From contig CAVUPH010000014.1 of assembly GCA_963743305.1 (NCBI GenBank), positions 464,746-528,745 of the forward strand: DNA of 64,000 nucleotides. The letters run 5' to 3'. Numbering within the stretch: position 1 is the first letter of the stretch; each line of letters begins with the position of its first letter. Below the pieces are notes generated by a model. It searched no databases, was not told where the DNA came from, and saw only the letters and a program-made list of their open reading frames with translations. Positions 30,986-41,485 of this stretch are shown here, in pieces. Made by a program: the position numbers and the translations under genes. Source of the stretch: an uncultured delta proteobacterium. Its GTDB lineage: Bacteria; Desulfobacterota; RBG-13-43-22.

Positions 30986-32167
30986 ATGAAGATCGAACTG
31001 GTCGAAATGGAGGCAAGGCCGATTCAGAAGGCCAAAATTCGGGTCATCGGCATTGGAGGCGGTGGAACCAATGCCGTGAACAACATGATTCAGTCCGACC
31101 TGAAAGGGGTGGATTTTATCGCCGCCAATACCGATATTCAATCCTTAACCTCCTCCCTGGCGACGGTTCAAATTCAATTGGGGGCCAATCTGACCGGCGG
31201 ATTGGGGGCCGGGGCCAACCCTGAAATGGGCCGAAATGCCACCTTGGAAGACACGGATAAGATTCGGGAAGAATTGGCGGGGAGCCATATGGTCTTCATC
31301 ACCGCCGGCATGGGCGGGGGAACCGGAACCGGCGGGGCCCCGATTATCGCTAAGATCAGCAGGGAACTGGGAGCCCTGACCGTGGCGGTCGTCACCAAGC
31401 CCTTTCACTTTGAGGGGCAGCGTCGCCTCAAGCAATCCGAGGAAGGCATTCGGGAGTTGCGAAATACGGTGGACACCCTGATCACCATCCCTAATGACCG
31501 TTTGATTTCCCTGGCCACCAAGAAAGCCTCTTTTCTGGAAATGCTCAAGAAAGCCGATGATGTTCTTCTGTACGCGGTCAAGGGAATATCCGACCTGATT
31601 ACGATTCCCGGTTTGATCAACCTCGATTTTGCCGATGTCCGGACCATAATGGCCGAAATGGGGATTGCGCTGATGGGGACGGGCCTAGCCAGCGGAGAAA
31701 ACCGGGCCATGGAAGCCGCCCAAAAGGCTATTTCCAGTCCCCTGCTGGAGGATATTACCATCTCTGGCGCCCGGGCCGTCCTGATGAACATCACCGCCAG
31801 TTCGAACCTGGGTTTTGAAGAAGTAAATGAGGCTTCCAGTCTCATTCAAAAGGAGGTCCACGAGGAGGCCAACATCATCTGGGGGACGGCCATTGATGAG
31901 TCCATGGGAGATGAACTTCGCATTACTGTAATCGCTACGGGAATCAACTCTCGGGAAGACCGGGTTCCGGTCGAATTGGAAAAGTTTCGGCCGACCATCC
32001 AGGACTCGATCAAAGAGCGCTCGGAAGACTTGGAAAAGCCCACTTTTATTCGCTCAGGCAAAGTCCTTGATCGGGTTGGACCACGCCGTCCGGCCAAACC
32101 GGCTGAATTTTATTTTGATGAAGAGGAGTTAGAGGTTCCGACCTTTATCCGCAAGGCGGCCGATTAA
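30986..32167 (+). CDS. ftsZ: Cell division protein FtsZ
   Basis: [28 protein letters not shown]-terminal EVPTFIRK. Confidence 0.98.
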   Translation: MKIELVEMEARPIQKAKIRVIGIGGGGTNAVNNMIQSDLKGVDFIAANTDIQSLTSSLATVQIQLGANLTGGLGAGANPEMGRNATLEDTDKIREELAGSHMVFITAGMGGGTGTGGAPIIAKISRELGALTVAVVTKPFHFEGQRRLKQSEEGIRELRNTVDTLITIPNDRLISLATKKASFLEMLKKADDVLLYAVKGISDLITIPGLINLDFADVRTIMAEMGIALMGTGLASGENRAMEAAQKAISSPLLEDITISGARAVLMNITASSNLGFEEVNEASSLIQKEVHEEANIIWGTAIDESMGDELRITVIATGINSREDRVPVELEKFRPTIQDSIKERSEDLEKPTFIRSGKVLDRVGPRRPAKPAEFYFDEEELEVPTFIRKAAD

Positions 32168-32264
32168 ATCTTTTTTCAATCCTCCTCTCCCTGGTAAAAA
32201 CCGGAGTAGATCCGGAGTAAGGGATTCCCCGTTCGGGATTTAAGATCGGGTGGCTTCTGAACGG

Positions 32265-32293
32265 TTGACTTTTTCTGTCCGCGAGCTTATTTT
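32265..32293 (+). promoter_or_regulatory. Putative sigma70 promoter of Hsp20 gene
   Basis: TTGACT-N17-TATTTT. Confidence 0.45.
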
Positions 32294-32327
32294 TTTATAA
32301 AAAAGGGCCAAGGGATGGAGGATAACC

Positions 32328-32777
32328 ATGACCATGCCATTGATAAAAAAAGGGAGAAGGCCGGCCTGGATGACCCCTTTCGGTGAAGAGGGATGGGGCG
32401 ATATTTTTATGGATCGACTCTGGCGGGAATGGCCTCGTTGGAAAGGGGAGGAGTGGGTACCTACCTTTAATTTTTATGAAAAGGAGGGAAAATATTTTCT
32501 GACGGCGGAGATTCCGGGGGTCGAGAAAAAGGATATCGTCATTTCCATTGATCATAATGTGCTGACGATCAGCGGCAGGAAGGAAGTGAAAAAGGAAGAA
32601 GAGGGAGCAAATTATTATCTTCGGGAGTCTTCTTACGGCTCTTTTTCCCGAAGTCTTCGCCTGCCCGGGGATGTCCAGGAGGACCAGGTGGAGGCTTCTT
32701 TTAAGGAAGGGGTCTTAAGTGTAGTCATTCCCCAGGCTGAAAGCCCTAAAACCAAAAAAATAGAAATTAAAAGTTAG
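32328..32777 (+). CDS. Hsp20/alpha-crystallin small heat-shock protein
   Basis: AEIPGVEKKDI...LTISG...RESSYGSFSRSLRLP...FKEGVL. Confidence 0.93.
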   Translation: MTMPLIKKGRRPAWMTPFGEEGWGDIFMDRLWREWPRWKGEEWVPTFNFYEKEGKYFLTAEIPGVEKKDIVISIDHNVLTISGRKEVKKEEEGANYYLRESSYGSFSRSLRLPGDVQEDQVEASFKEGVLSVVIPQAESPKTKKIEIKS

Positions 32778-32835
32778 GCTAAAGAAAAGGGGTCAAGGGG
32801 TAAGGGTATCCTGACTCTTTGACCCGTTGAGAGTG

Positions 32836-33549
32836 TTAGGCTCTTTTCAAAATTTCGGTATAGGCTTTTTCCACCTTTAAGATGTAGCCTTGGGTTTCTT
32901 TCGGCAGGGCCTCCGGACGTTTTTCCAGATTCCCCATCCCCCAATTATAGGCGGCCAAGGCCAATCGTCGGTTCCCTTGATAGCGGTTCAGCAATTGACG
33001 CAGGTAACGGGCTCCCCCCTCAATATTCTGCGCCGGATCAAAAGAATTGGTCACGCCCATCTCGGTTGCTGTTTTAGGCATCAACTGCATCAGGCCTTGA
33101 GCCCCCACCGAGGAAACCGCCTCCGGATTACGGTTGCTTTCTACTTGTATGACCGCCCGGATCAGGGCCGGATCCAAATCGTATTTAGCGGCGGCTTCAC
33201 TGATCGGGTAGTCAAAATCTTGTCCCTTATTCTTGGGTTTTGACTCCCCCTGTCGTTCGCAGCACCTGTCCGCCGGTTGTCCCCATTCCAGGATTTGCGC
33301 AGGAACATCTTCCAGAGGAAGGGCAGGAGGAATGACGCTGCTGTCAGGTTCGATCCTGGCCTCAGCCAAAGTTTTTTCAATCAATTTAAATAATAAGGCC
33401 AAGAAGAAACTATCCACCGAAGAAGGAGGACTCCCCTGCTCTACAGGGGAGGAAGGGTTTGACCTCAGGTCTTTTTCCCAAGGGCGGTCAACCCACAACT
33501 TGGATTCCCAGGATGAGATTTTAGGGATCATGTTGGGCTTAATATGCAA
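32836..33549 (-). CDS. SLT-family lytic transglycosylase
   Basis: AVIQVES, GAQGLMQLMP, LAAYNWG, ETQGY; start uncertain. Confidence 0.9.
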   Translation of the reverse strand: MHIKPNMIPKISSWESKLWVDRPWEKDLRSNPSSPVEQGSPPSSVDSFFLALLFKLIEKTLAEARIEPDSSVIPPALPLEDVPAQILEWGQPADRCCERQGESKPKNKGQDFDYPISEAAAKYDLDPALIRAVIQVESNRNPEAVSSVGAQGLMQLMPKTATEMGVTNSFDPAQNIEGGARYLRQLLNRYQGNRRLALAAYNWGMGNLEKRPEALPKETQGYILKVEKAYTEILKRA

Positions 33550-33552
33550 TGT

Positions 33553-34779
33553 CTATGCCAAAAAATAGGATTTGATGGAAACCCCTTCCTGGTTGGGATC
33601 CAGGACGTTGGTAATCTTCCAGCGATCCTGTTGGGTGGAGGGGTCTTTTTCGTTTAACTGCACCATCCGGGTGGGGAAGTATTTCTCTCCCCCCTTTTTC
33701 ATTATGAGCAATACTGTGGGCTTGAGCGCTTTTTCCCTGTTGGCCGCCGCCACGATGCCCACTTCCGATTGATTGATCTCCACCAGGCTGCCGACCGGGT
33801 AAATTCCGAAACACTTAATGAAATTTTCCAGCAAACTCCGGTCAAAATCCCGGGGACTCCATTCGAACATGCGCTTTACCGCCTCATGGGGCAGGACTCC
33901 CCTTCGATATACCCGATCACTAGTGATAGCATCGTACACATCCACAATCGTGGCTATTTGGCCGAAAAGACTCAACTGTTCTCCTCGAAGCCCCTTGAGA
34001 TACCCATGACCCCCATAGCGTTCGTGATGCTGGCCGACCATCTGGACCCCTTTGGGTGGGAAGTGGGGGATGCGGCCTAAAATCTCAGTCCCATAGCGAA
34101 CATGATTTTTCATCTGATGGAACTCACCGTCAGTCAACCGGGCCGGCTTATTTAAGACCTCCAGTGGAATCTTCATCTTGCCGATATCATGAAGCAATCC
34201 TCCGATACCCAAAATTTGGAGGGCCTCCCGGGGAAGGACCAGGCTCCGGCCAAAAGCTACCGACAGGATGCTGACATTCAAGGAGTGTAGGGCGGTATAT
34301 TCATCTTTGTTCTTGATTTGGGCTAAGCAAACCAGGGCATCCCGATTGCGGATCACACTGTCGATAATATTCTCCACGGCTTCTTTGGCCCCTGAAGAAT
34401 CAATACTTTTTCCCAGACGGGCGTCTTCCAGGATCTGATCCACCACCTGTCTGGTCTGGTCGCGAACCTCGCGGGCCAGAGAAAATTCTTTATCCCATGA
34501 GACTTGACTGGATAAAACGGCGGCGGTCGGTTCCTTTTTCTCCAGGATCTGCTGAAGCATTCCCGGGCCCACCTCTTTAATCGGGAGTGAATGGTCGGTG
34601 TCTTTTCCCTTGTCCGTATCAATATAGACGTAACGGCAGTACGCTTTCATTTGAGAGAGCTGTTGGGGGGATTTGATCAGGACCCTGTGAAAAAAGAAGG
34701 GGGTGTCCAACCAGGATCGGTCCAGTTGGGTTATAAACATACCCAGGGTGAGATCGGAGGTGTTGATCTTTTTTATCAT
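33553..34779 (-). CDS. HD-GYP phosphodiesterase with DUF3391-like N-terminus
   Basis: LTLGMFITQLDRSW...PF; LLHDIGK, HHERYGGHGYL, DVYDAITSDRVY. Confidence 0.9.
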   Translation of the reverse strand: MIKKINTSDLTLGMFITQLDRSWLDTPFFFHRVLIKSPQQLSQMKAYCRYVYIDTDKGKDTDHSLPIKEVGPGMLQQILEKKEPTAAVLSSQVSWDKEFSLAREVRDQTRQVVDQILEDARLGKSIDSSGAKEAVENIIDSVIRNRDALVCLAQIKNKDEYTALHSLNVSILSVAFGRSLVLPREALQILGIGGLLHDIGKMKIPLEVLNKPARLTDGEFHQMKNHVRYGTEILGRIPHFPPKGVQMVGQHHERYGGHGYLKGLRGEQLSLFGQIATIVDVYDAITSDRVYRRGVLPHEAVKRMFEWSPRDFDRSLLENFIKCFGIYPVGSLVEINQSEVGIVAAANREKALKPTVLLIMKKGGEKYFPTRMVQLNEKDPSTQQDRWKITNVLDPNQEGVSIKSYFLA

Positions 34780-34858
34780 CCGATTCCCGGCAAGTCCTGA
34801 TCGGCGATCGAGATTTATCCCCGGATAAAAAGATTTGTTCTTCCGCGGACGTTTTTAA

Positions 34859-34885
34859 TAAAAAAAAAATAATATCTTCCGATAA
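34859..34885 (+). promoter_or_regulatory. Putative sigma28 (FliA) promoter
   Basis: TAAA-N15-TCCGATAA upstream of the HDOD-HisKA gene. Confidence 0.55.
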
Positions 34886-35038
34886 CCCTTAAGAGAGGTT
34901 GCCTTTCTACCCGGTCGGTCGGTCTTGAACCTTTGGCAGGCAGGGGAGTTCTTATTCGTCATCCTGAACGGCTATAAGAACTAAAGTGATCTTAATCATA
35001 CAGAAATATGACCGCTTCCTGCAAGGAAAATTAAACTC

Positions 35039-36721
35039 ATGATGGATTCGGAAAAAAAAAGCAGGATCTTGCATCAAATCGCCTCCAATGATTTTTTGCC
35101 TTCTCTTTCTCCTTTAACCATTCAACTTATCGAGGCGGCCTCGGACGAACGGACTTCGGTTCTGGATTTAAACCGCATTATCGAGCAGGATCCGGGTTTG
35201 ACCACCCGCCTGTTAAAAATGGTCAATAGCGCCTATTTTGGACGAAGAAACAAGATTTCTTCCATTTCCCATGCCATTATCATGGCCGGATTCAAACGGG
35301 TCCGATTGATGGCCCTGAATATTTCGCTCCGCGACACCTTCCCTCTGGGGCGGGTCGGAGGAATGGATTACGACCTTTTCTGGAAAACATCCCTTTATCG
35401 GGCACTGATTGCCCAGGGTTTTTCCCAAGCCAGCTTTTGGGCTGAAGAATTGGACCCGGAAGAGATCTTCACGGCCGGGCTAATACTGGAAATCGGGATG
35501 CTGTTATTATTCCCCGTTTGCCCAAAGTGGCTAAAGGAAGACTTTCCCGGTGGGGCCACCGACCTGACGGATTTAATCGCTTGGGAAACCGAGCATCTGG
35601 GGATAAATCATCGTGAAGTGGGACGGATTATCCTGCAACGCTGGCATTTCCCTGATCAAATTATTGAAAGTCAGAAATACTTCGGCCCGGAGGCGCTTCA
35701 GGGAGACCGTTCACCCCTAGTCAGAATTTTAGAATTTTCACGGATCTGCACCCAAATCTTCTTCGGGCCCCAAGATGATTTTCATTTACTGGACCGCTTA
35801 GCCCCGGGCCAGGGCTTGAGTCTGGAGAGAACAAATGAGATTTTGGTGACGACCTTTTCTCAGGTTGAAGAGGTTGCCGGCCAGCTCCGCTTAATGATCA
35901 ACTCCCAGGATGATCTGTTGATAGTTATGGAAAAGGCCAACCGGACACTGGCCAGGATAAATGGTTCTTTGGAATCCAGCTTTATCAAGGTCTTCAACCT
36001 CATTTCCGATCTGGAACAGTCTACTGTCCAGGAACCCACCGAAGAACTTGAGGAAAAAAACAAACTGCTGGAAAACACGCTGGAAGCCGTGGTTCACGAA
36101 ATCCGTAACCCCCTTATGGCCATCGGGGGGTTTGCCCACCGTTTAGCCAAAAATGTTGAACAGCGGGGCGATGTGATTGAATATGTTCACTTAATAACTA
36201 ATGAATCCCTCCGTCTGGAAAAAGTCCTCAAGGACCTGGTAGCCTATTCCCAAATCTATAAGCCTTTTATCATTACCCGCGACCTAACCCAGGTAGTGGA
36301 AAAAGTGCTGGCCGGCGAACAGGATCGCCTGACTGAAAAAGATATTCATTTGATCCGCCTTTATCGGCCCTCTTCGCTTCTAATTCCCCTGGACGAAGCG
36401 GAAATTTCCAAGGCCCTGCAGTGCCTCCTGGAAACCGAAATCCAAATCCTGGGGAAAATGGATCGGGAACTTTGGATCGGCCTGGAGGAGGTTCCGGAGA
36501 ACAGAGAAATCCGGATCAGTTTCAGTACGAAATCCGGGCAGTTTCCCGAGGAATTGCGCCACACCCTCTTAGGCAGGGATTTCTCCGGAAAGGCTTTCGG
36601 CCTAGGCCTGGCACTGTCTCTAGCCCGAAAAATCATTATCGCCCATGGGGGCCGGCTGGAACTAACCCAGGAAAACGACCTGAACACCCTTTCCGTTTTC
36701 TTGCCGGCCTCTATCGGCTGA
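35039..36721 (+). CDS. HDOD-domain histidine-kinase-like protein with degenerate ATPase domain
   Basis: HDOD (LPSLSP..DPGLTTRLLKMVNSAYF); H-box VHEIRNPL; G2-like GLGLAL but no N-box or DxGxG. Confidence 0.85.
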   Translation: MMDSEKKSRILHQIASNDFLPSLSPLTIQLIEAASDERTSVLDLNRIIEQDPGLTTRLLKMVNSAYFGRRNKISSISHAIIMAGFKRVRLMALNISLRDTFPLGRVGGMDYDLFWKTSLYRALIAQGFSQASFWAEELDPEEIFTAGLILEIGMLLLFPVCPKWLKEDFPGGATDLTDLIAWETEHLGINHREVGRIILQRWHFPDQIIESQKYFGPEALQGDRSPLVRILEFSRICTQIFFGPQDDFHLLDRLAPGQGLSLERTNEILVTTFSQVEEVAGQLRLMINSQDDLLIVMEKANRTLARINGSLESSFIKVFNLISDLEQSTVQEPTEELEEKNKLLENTLEAVVHEIRNPLMAIGGFAHRLAKNVEQRGDVIEYVHLITNESLRLEKVLKDLVAYSQIYKPFIITRDLTQVVEKVLAGEQDRLTEKDIHLIRLYRPSSLLIPLDEAEISKALQCLLETEIQILGKMDRELWIGLEEVPENREIRISFSTKSGQFPEELRHTLLGRDFSGKAFGLGLALSLARKIIIAHGGRLELTQENDLNTLSVFLPASIG

Positions 36722-36844
36722 TAGGAAAATAATTCCTTAGTCGCCCCGCTCTCTTGGAATATCCGCTTTCCCTTCGTTCCCTTCCCTGGTTTTCTATTAA
36801 ATAATATCAAGATGTTATCTTGTGAATGCCCTCTGTTCTCCCCT

Positions 36845-36860
36845 TGGCATAGTTTCTGCT
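36845..36860 (+). promoter_or_regulatory. sigma54 promoter of second stator operon
   Basis: TGGCATAGTTTCTGCT (GG-N10-GC). Confidence 0.75.
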
Positions 36861-36902
36861 TATAATTTTATAAAAAAAGACATCGAAAAAAGGAGTCCGC
36901 CC

Positions 36903-37724
36903 ATGGTAGCCCAAGTATTCATTTCTCTAATCCTGTTGGTTTTAATTTTTTTGGCCGCCTTCAATTTGGAAGTAAAGGAGTTGGGACTGGCTTCCAACTT
37001 AAATGCACTAATGATCGTCTTAGGCGGTACCTTGGCAGCCTCCCTGATGGCCTACCCCTGGAAAAAAATTCTTTGGACCTTCCGGCTGATGAAAAAGACT
37101 TTTACCTCCCGGGAGGAAATTGACTGGACCACCCAGACTTTGGTCAACTTAGCCCGTGTTTTTCGTAAGGGGGGGATCCGGTCTTTGGAACAGCAGGGAA
37201 ACGGATTGCCTCCCGGCATGATTAAAACAGGGGTGGACTTGATAACCTATCATTATTCCAAGGATAAGATCGAGCAAATCATGCAAAAAGAGGCCGATGG
37301 CATCTACGGACAGTATGAAGGCGGGTATAAAATCTTGAACAGCATGGCCCGCCTGGCCCCTGCTCTGGGCCTGACGGGGACCATTGTCAACCTGATTCGA
37401 ATTTTTGGACATATCAGTGATCCCCAGGGCCTAATCGGGTACATGGCCATCGCCCTGTTAAGCACTTTTTACGGCGTGGTCCTGGCCAACCTCTGTTTTG
37501 TTCCCCTGGCAAACAAATTGAAGGAATTTATGGATCAGGATGAAATGCGCTTGGAATTGGTCCAGGAGGGCATCCTGGATATATATGACCAGGAACACCC
37601 CAAGGCTATTCAATATAAACTGGAAACCCTGGCGGGGAACCTGTCAGCGCCTCAGCGCTCTTCCTTGAAACCTAAAATTGTATTGCTGTCACCCTATGAC
37701 CAGCCCAGAGGGGCCCGGGTATGA
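36903..37724 (+). CDS. Flagellar stator A subunit (PomA/MotP-like)
   Basis: IVLGGT, LAPALGLTGT, MAIALLSTFYG, PLANKL; AGGAG RBS before ATG at 36903. Confidence 0.85.
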   Translation: MVAQVFISLILLVLIFLAAFNLEVKELGLASNLNALMIVLGGTLAASLMAYPWKKILWTFRLMKKTFTSREEIDWTTQTLVNLARVFRKGGIRSLEQQGNGLPPGMIKTGVDLITYHYSKDKIEQIMQKEADGIYGQYEGGYKILNSMARLAPALGLTGTIVNLIRIFGHISDPQGLIGYMAIALLSTFYGVVLANLCFVPLANKLKEFMDQDEMRLELVQEGILDIYDQEHPKAIQYKLETLAGNLSAPQRSSLKPKIVLLSPYDQPRGARV

Positions 37725-38518
37725 ATCCCGTCCAACCCGACTATCAAATTCCATCTCAAGAATTCGAGCCCCTCCCGGTAAAGAAGAGCCGGACTCCCCC
37801 CAGATCCAGAAGACCGGCTTCTGGAGACAATGCCAATGAAATCTGGTTCTTAACCCTGAGTGATCTGCTTTTACTCCTGGTGATATTTTTTGTCCTCCTT
37901 TTCGGCCTGACCTGGAAGCAGCAAAGCCGGCAAACGTCCAGCAATCCCATCCTATCGCGACCGGCGTCCTTTCCGATCCCAGCTCCTCCAGCCCAACAAC
38001 CCGAAGCCTCGCGCCCCGATCCGCGCATAGCCGGCCTTCCAGGACAAAAAGAAATCCCGGAAAGTATGGAACAGTCGTTGTCCAGTTCTTTAGGACTGAA
38101 ACCGGAGGAGCAGGGGGTCACCATCGAACGCAGGGGACCCAAATTGATTTTGACTTTCCCGGAACAAATCGCCTTTGATACCGGACAGGCTGACCTTAAA
38201 CCCTCGGCCGAACCGATCCTGGAAAAAGTGGGGGCCTTCATCCAAAACAAACCCGAAATGCTGGTGGAAATCCATGGCCACACCGACGACCGTCCCATCC
38301 GGAACCCGCGTTATCCATCCAACTGGGAGCTTTCTGCCGATCGGGCGACCCAAGTGGCCAAGTCCTTGATCCGACGAGGGATCAATCCGGCTCAGGTGTC
38401 CGTGAAGGGATTTGGAGAGCACCGGCCTATAGTCCCTAACGATTCGGAAATGAATCGACTTAAGAATCGGCGGGTGGAAATCCATTTTACTATTCCCGAT
38501 AACGGGCCTCAAACTTAA
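37721..38518 (+). CDS. Flagellar stator B subunit (PomB/MotS-like) with OmpA-like domain
   Basis: [21 protein letters not shown]; [21 protein letters not shown]. Confidence 0.88.
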   Translation: MNPVQPDYQIPSQEFEPLPVKKSRTPPRSRRPASGDNANEIWFLTLSDLLLLLVIFFVLLFGLTWKQQSRQTSSNPILSRPASFPIPAPPAQQPEASRPDPRIAGLPGQKEIPESMEQSLSSSLGLKPEEQGVTIERRGPKLILTFPEQIAFDTGQADLKPSAEPILEKVGAFIQNKPEMLVEIHGHTDDRPIRNPRYPSNWELSADRATQVAKSLIRRGINPAQVSVKGFGEHRPIVPNDSEMNRLKNRRVEIHFTIPDNGPQT

Positions 38519-38526
38519 GACAGGAA

Positions 38527-38777
38527 TTAAATCAGGGGGCCGAACAGGAGGCCTCGGCTTCTCAACAGGTGTCCAATTCCAGCCTGAGCCTAGCAGAAGG
38601 GGCCTCGGAGCAAGCCGCCCCATCGAGGAAACTTCTTCTTCCATCGATGAAATTGCCTTCCAAACCAATCTGCTGGCCTTGAATGCCGCGGTCGAAGCGG
38701 CTCGGGCCGGGGAAGCCGGAGCCGGGTTTGCCGTAGTGGCCGACGAAGTCAGGAATCTAGCTATGCGGCGCAGATGA
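38527..38777 (+). pseudogene. MCP signalling-domain remnant
   Basis: Own translation: [27 protein letters not shown] / [49 protein letters not shown]; no start codon, one frameshift and an internal deletion. Confidence 0.85.
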
Positions 38778-38868
38778 AAAGATTTGTCAATGACTTGTCA
38801 ACCTAAATCGAAGGCACCGGCCGTCAGGCGGCAGATGGGGTGCTGAAAGAATCAACTGAAATTGGTCT

Positions 38869-38910
38869 CAATCAACCTGCCCCGGGCGGAAGCCCGGGGC
38901 AGGTTGATTG
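38869..38910. terminator. Perfect 19-bp hairpin between convergent units
   Basis: CAATCAACCTGCCCCGGGC-GGAA-GCCCGGGGCAGGTTGATTG. Confidence 0.7.
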
Positions 38911-38954
38911 GGGATGGAGAAAAAGGGGAGTTGGGTTAACGACAGGCTAGCGGA

Positions 38955-39413
38955 TTATTTGAAACACAGCTCGAGATGAAACCCCCCGTTGGCTGAGTCG
39001 AAGGGAATGGAAATAATGGGATCCTTGGTCACATGTCGTATCTCGTGCCCGGGTCCCGTAATAACCGAAGGGATGGCCCCCTGAAAGACGATCCCGGCCG
39101 TCTCCAGCCTCCGCCGGGCATCGCCGGATATCATATTGGTAAACTCGCCCACCGCATCTTTCACTTCCTCGGTGATCTCCGTAAAGGGCTCACCGAACAT
39201 ACTGCTGACGATGTGCAGGATGCACTCTTTGGAGAAAGATAGGCTTAAGGATCCTTCGCTTTCTCCGGTCATGCCCACAATCCCGGAGATGTCTCCGGTG
39301 GAAATACTCCCTTTTTTGAGAAAGGGTTTGCCCGGGGCCAGGTCCACGGAAGACATCGTTCTAATCACCGAAACCGTAGCCTCCAAAAAAGAATTTATTA
39401 TTTCAACTTTCAT
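38955..39413 (-). CDS. cheX: CheY-P phosphatase CheX
   Basis: INSFLEA, DISGIVGMTG, DAVGEFTNMISG (ExxN), IPSVITG. Confidence 0.92.
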   Translation of the reverse strand: MKVEIINSFLEATVSVIRTMSSVDLAPGKPFLKKGSISTGDISGIVGMTGESEGSLSLSFSKECILHIVSSMFGEPFTEITEEVKDAVGEFTNMISGDARRRLETAGIVFQGAIPSVITGPGHEIRHVTKDPIISIPFDSANGGFHLELCFK

Positions 39414-39507
39414 AGTCTCTGATTCCTTTCAATGACTAACCGCTAACATTTTTTAGAGAGAAAGAGAATAACAAAATACCCCTATCCAGGGACAGGGAAT
39501 AAAACCG

Positions 39508-40224
39508 TCAACCGACTTTTATTTTTTGTATCCCCAGACGTTGTTGTTCAAAGATCAACCGTTCCAGTTGGGAGCGGCTCGATCCCGGCATCTGTAAAAA
39601 TTCCAAAGCACCCTGAATGGTGTGCGGGGGAAAATCATCAATCCGCCGAATTTCAGCCGAAGGAATAGGGATGGTTAGGAGTTCCTCTCCCGAAGGGAAA
39701 AGTAATGCGTTATCCCGCAACGTAACATTGACCTCCAGATTCTTAAACCACTGTTCCCCCAGTTCCTTATAAAAAGCTAGCCCACCCGTGCTGTAATCTT
39801 TGACCCGGGCTTTATATTCTTGATGAAGCAAGTCTCGGACCAATATTTCCATCCCCAGCGAGGCCTTGACCCGGAAAAAGGCGCGCCGTTGCACCCGGTT
39901 GATCATCCGGGGCAGTTCCACCCAGATTTCCTTGGGTTGCAAGAAGCGGACCTCGGTAGAAAAATGGAAGGGGACACGGGTTCGATCAAAAAACGAGAGG
40001 GCAATGGTTTGATTCCTGGAAAAACGCAATGCTTGATCAAACCCGGCTACCTGGTCGATGATCAGCCAAGGTCTCCCCGGACCGGTCTCAAATCCCAGAA
40101 AGAGGGTAATCCAGGAAAATTCCGTTTGAGGGATCTCCATCCGTACTCGTTGCCGGGATTTGATGGCGGACTGGAGTATCAGGGGGATGTCCCCACCCTG
40201 GAGAGGTTGTGCCGGTTGTTCCAT
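39508..40224 (-). CDS. YcgR-like flagellar brake (PilZN-PilZ)
   Basis: QRRAFFRV (RxxxR) and DYSTGG (DxSxxG). Confidence 0.8.
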   Translation of the reverse strand: MEQPAQPLQGGDIPLILQSAIKSRQRVRMEIPQTEFSWITLFLGFETGPGRPWLIIDQVAGFDQALRFSRNQTIALSFFDRTRVPFHFSTEVRFLQPKEIWVELPRMINRVQRRAFFRVKASLGMEILVRDLLHQEYKARVKDYSTGGLAFYKELGEQWFKNLEVNVTLRDNALLFPSGEELLTIPIPSAEIRRIDDFPPHTIQGALEFLQMPGSSRSQLERLIFEQQRLGIQKIKVG

Positions 40225-40253
40225 TGAATCGGTTCTTTCCTTAAACCCTAACC

Positions 40254-40622
40254 CTATTCGGGGTCAAAGGGGTAATGAAGAATTTCGGCATCGATCGCCT
40301 CGGGGTTCCCCGAATTATAGTAAAGAAGGTTTTTCAGATGGACAAAGGAGGTCGGGTCCATTTCCAGAAAGCGGACACCGATTCCAGTCTCGTCTGCCCG
40401 GGCTACCATTCCCTTAATACTCAGGGTGAGGGGGTGATTCCCTAGGCCCAGGGCGATCTTTACTTCTCCGGTCGCACCTTTCTCCGGTCGGAGAGCGGTA
40501 ACAAAATAGACGCCCGTTAAGCTGAGATCTTTTGAATCGGAAGAGAGCAGCTCCTCCCCTTGAATGATGAATCGAACCCGGGTATGGAAAGGCACTCGAG
40601 TTCGGCGGCGGCGGTTGTTCAT
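40254..40622 (-). CDS. Stand-alone PilZ protein
   Basis: RRRRTRV and DLSLTG. Confidence 0.88.
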   Translation of the reverse strand: MNNRRRRTRVPFHTRVRFIIQGEELLSSDSKDLSLTGVYFVTALRPEKGATGEVKIALGLGNHPLTLSIKGMVARADETGIGVRFLEMDPTSFVHLKNLLYYNSGNPEAIDAEILHYPFDPE

Positions 40623-41416
40623 CCGGCGGTCCTTGGTTCAGGCCGGGGGTGCGATCCTCCTGGCCTGGGCTCGACGGCTTTGAGATTTGCAGGGGGTTGA
40701 CCGTCGGTTAGAGTATTCAGAAATTCCCGGGCCTCCTTGAAATCCTCTTTCAAGGTCAAGGCCTTGGTCATTTGTTCTATGGATTCCTCCCGGTCCTTTT
40801 TTTCGTAATAGGCCCGTCCCAGATTATAGTAGAGCACCGGATCTTCCGGATCGATGGCGATGGCCTTGACATAGTTGGAGACGGCCTCGTCATGAAGATT
40901 GCGCTTGCGCAATTCGATCCCGAATTCATTGAATATGTGTTTGTTCTCATTTTCATACAAGTCATCCATTTGGGATAGTTGGTCGAAAATTTCCTTGGCC
41001 TCCTTTTTATCTCCCCGGGCATAGAGGCTTTTCCCTTTGCCCAGATTGGCCTTCAGATCTTTTTCATTCAACGCCAGCGCCTTATTGAATTCTCGTTCGG
41101 CGCTGAAAAATTGTCGGTTATCATAGTGTTCTTCTCCCAATTCCACATATTTTTCCGCCAATTGGGCTTTCGGGTCCTTTTTATTTTCGAAGTATTCGGG
41201 ACAGTGGGTGTAGTCCTGGTCCAGCTCCTCCCGGGTGATCAGGGTCGCTTCTCCGAAGGGTTGATCGCTGATGTTCAACATACGAATGGACACCATATTT
41301 TCCTCGTCGGCCTCCTCGACTTGAAAATAGTTTTCAATAGTTGTGTCTCGGGAAGTGGACCCAAACCCCAGCCTGATTGTTTCCTGCTTCAAAAAAATTC
41401 TTCTATTTTGTTCCAT
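40619..41416 (-). CDS. Tetratricopeptide-repeat protein
   Basis: TPR-like repeats such as FNEFGIELRKRNLHDEAVSNYVKAI and LYYNLGRAY. Confidence 0.85.
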   Translation of the reverse strand: MEQNRRIFLKQETIRLGFGSTSRDTTIENYFQVEEADEENMVSIRMLNISDQPFGEATLITREELDQDYTHCPEYFENKKDPKAQLAEKYVELGEEHYDNRQFFSAEREFNKALALNEKDLKANLGKGKSLYARGDKKEAKEIFDQLSQMDDLYENENKHIFNEFGIELRKRNLHDEAVSNYVKAIAIDPEDPVLYYNLGRAYYEKKDREESIEQMTKALTLKEDFKEAREFLNTLTDGQPPANLKAVEPRPGGSHPRPEPRTAG

Positions 41417-41436
41417 TAGCGCTCCCCGCGCCTCCA

Positions 41437-41485
41437 GGGAATTTTTGCGAAACCGTCAAATGAGGGCGGATTCGCAAAAATTCCC
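41437..41485. repeat. Short palindromic (REP-like) hairpin
   Basis: GGGAATTTTTGCGAA...TTCGCAAAAATTCCC arms. Confidence 0.65.
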
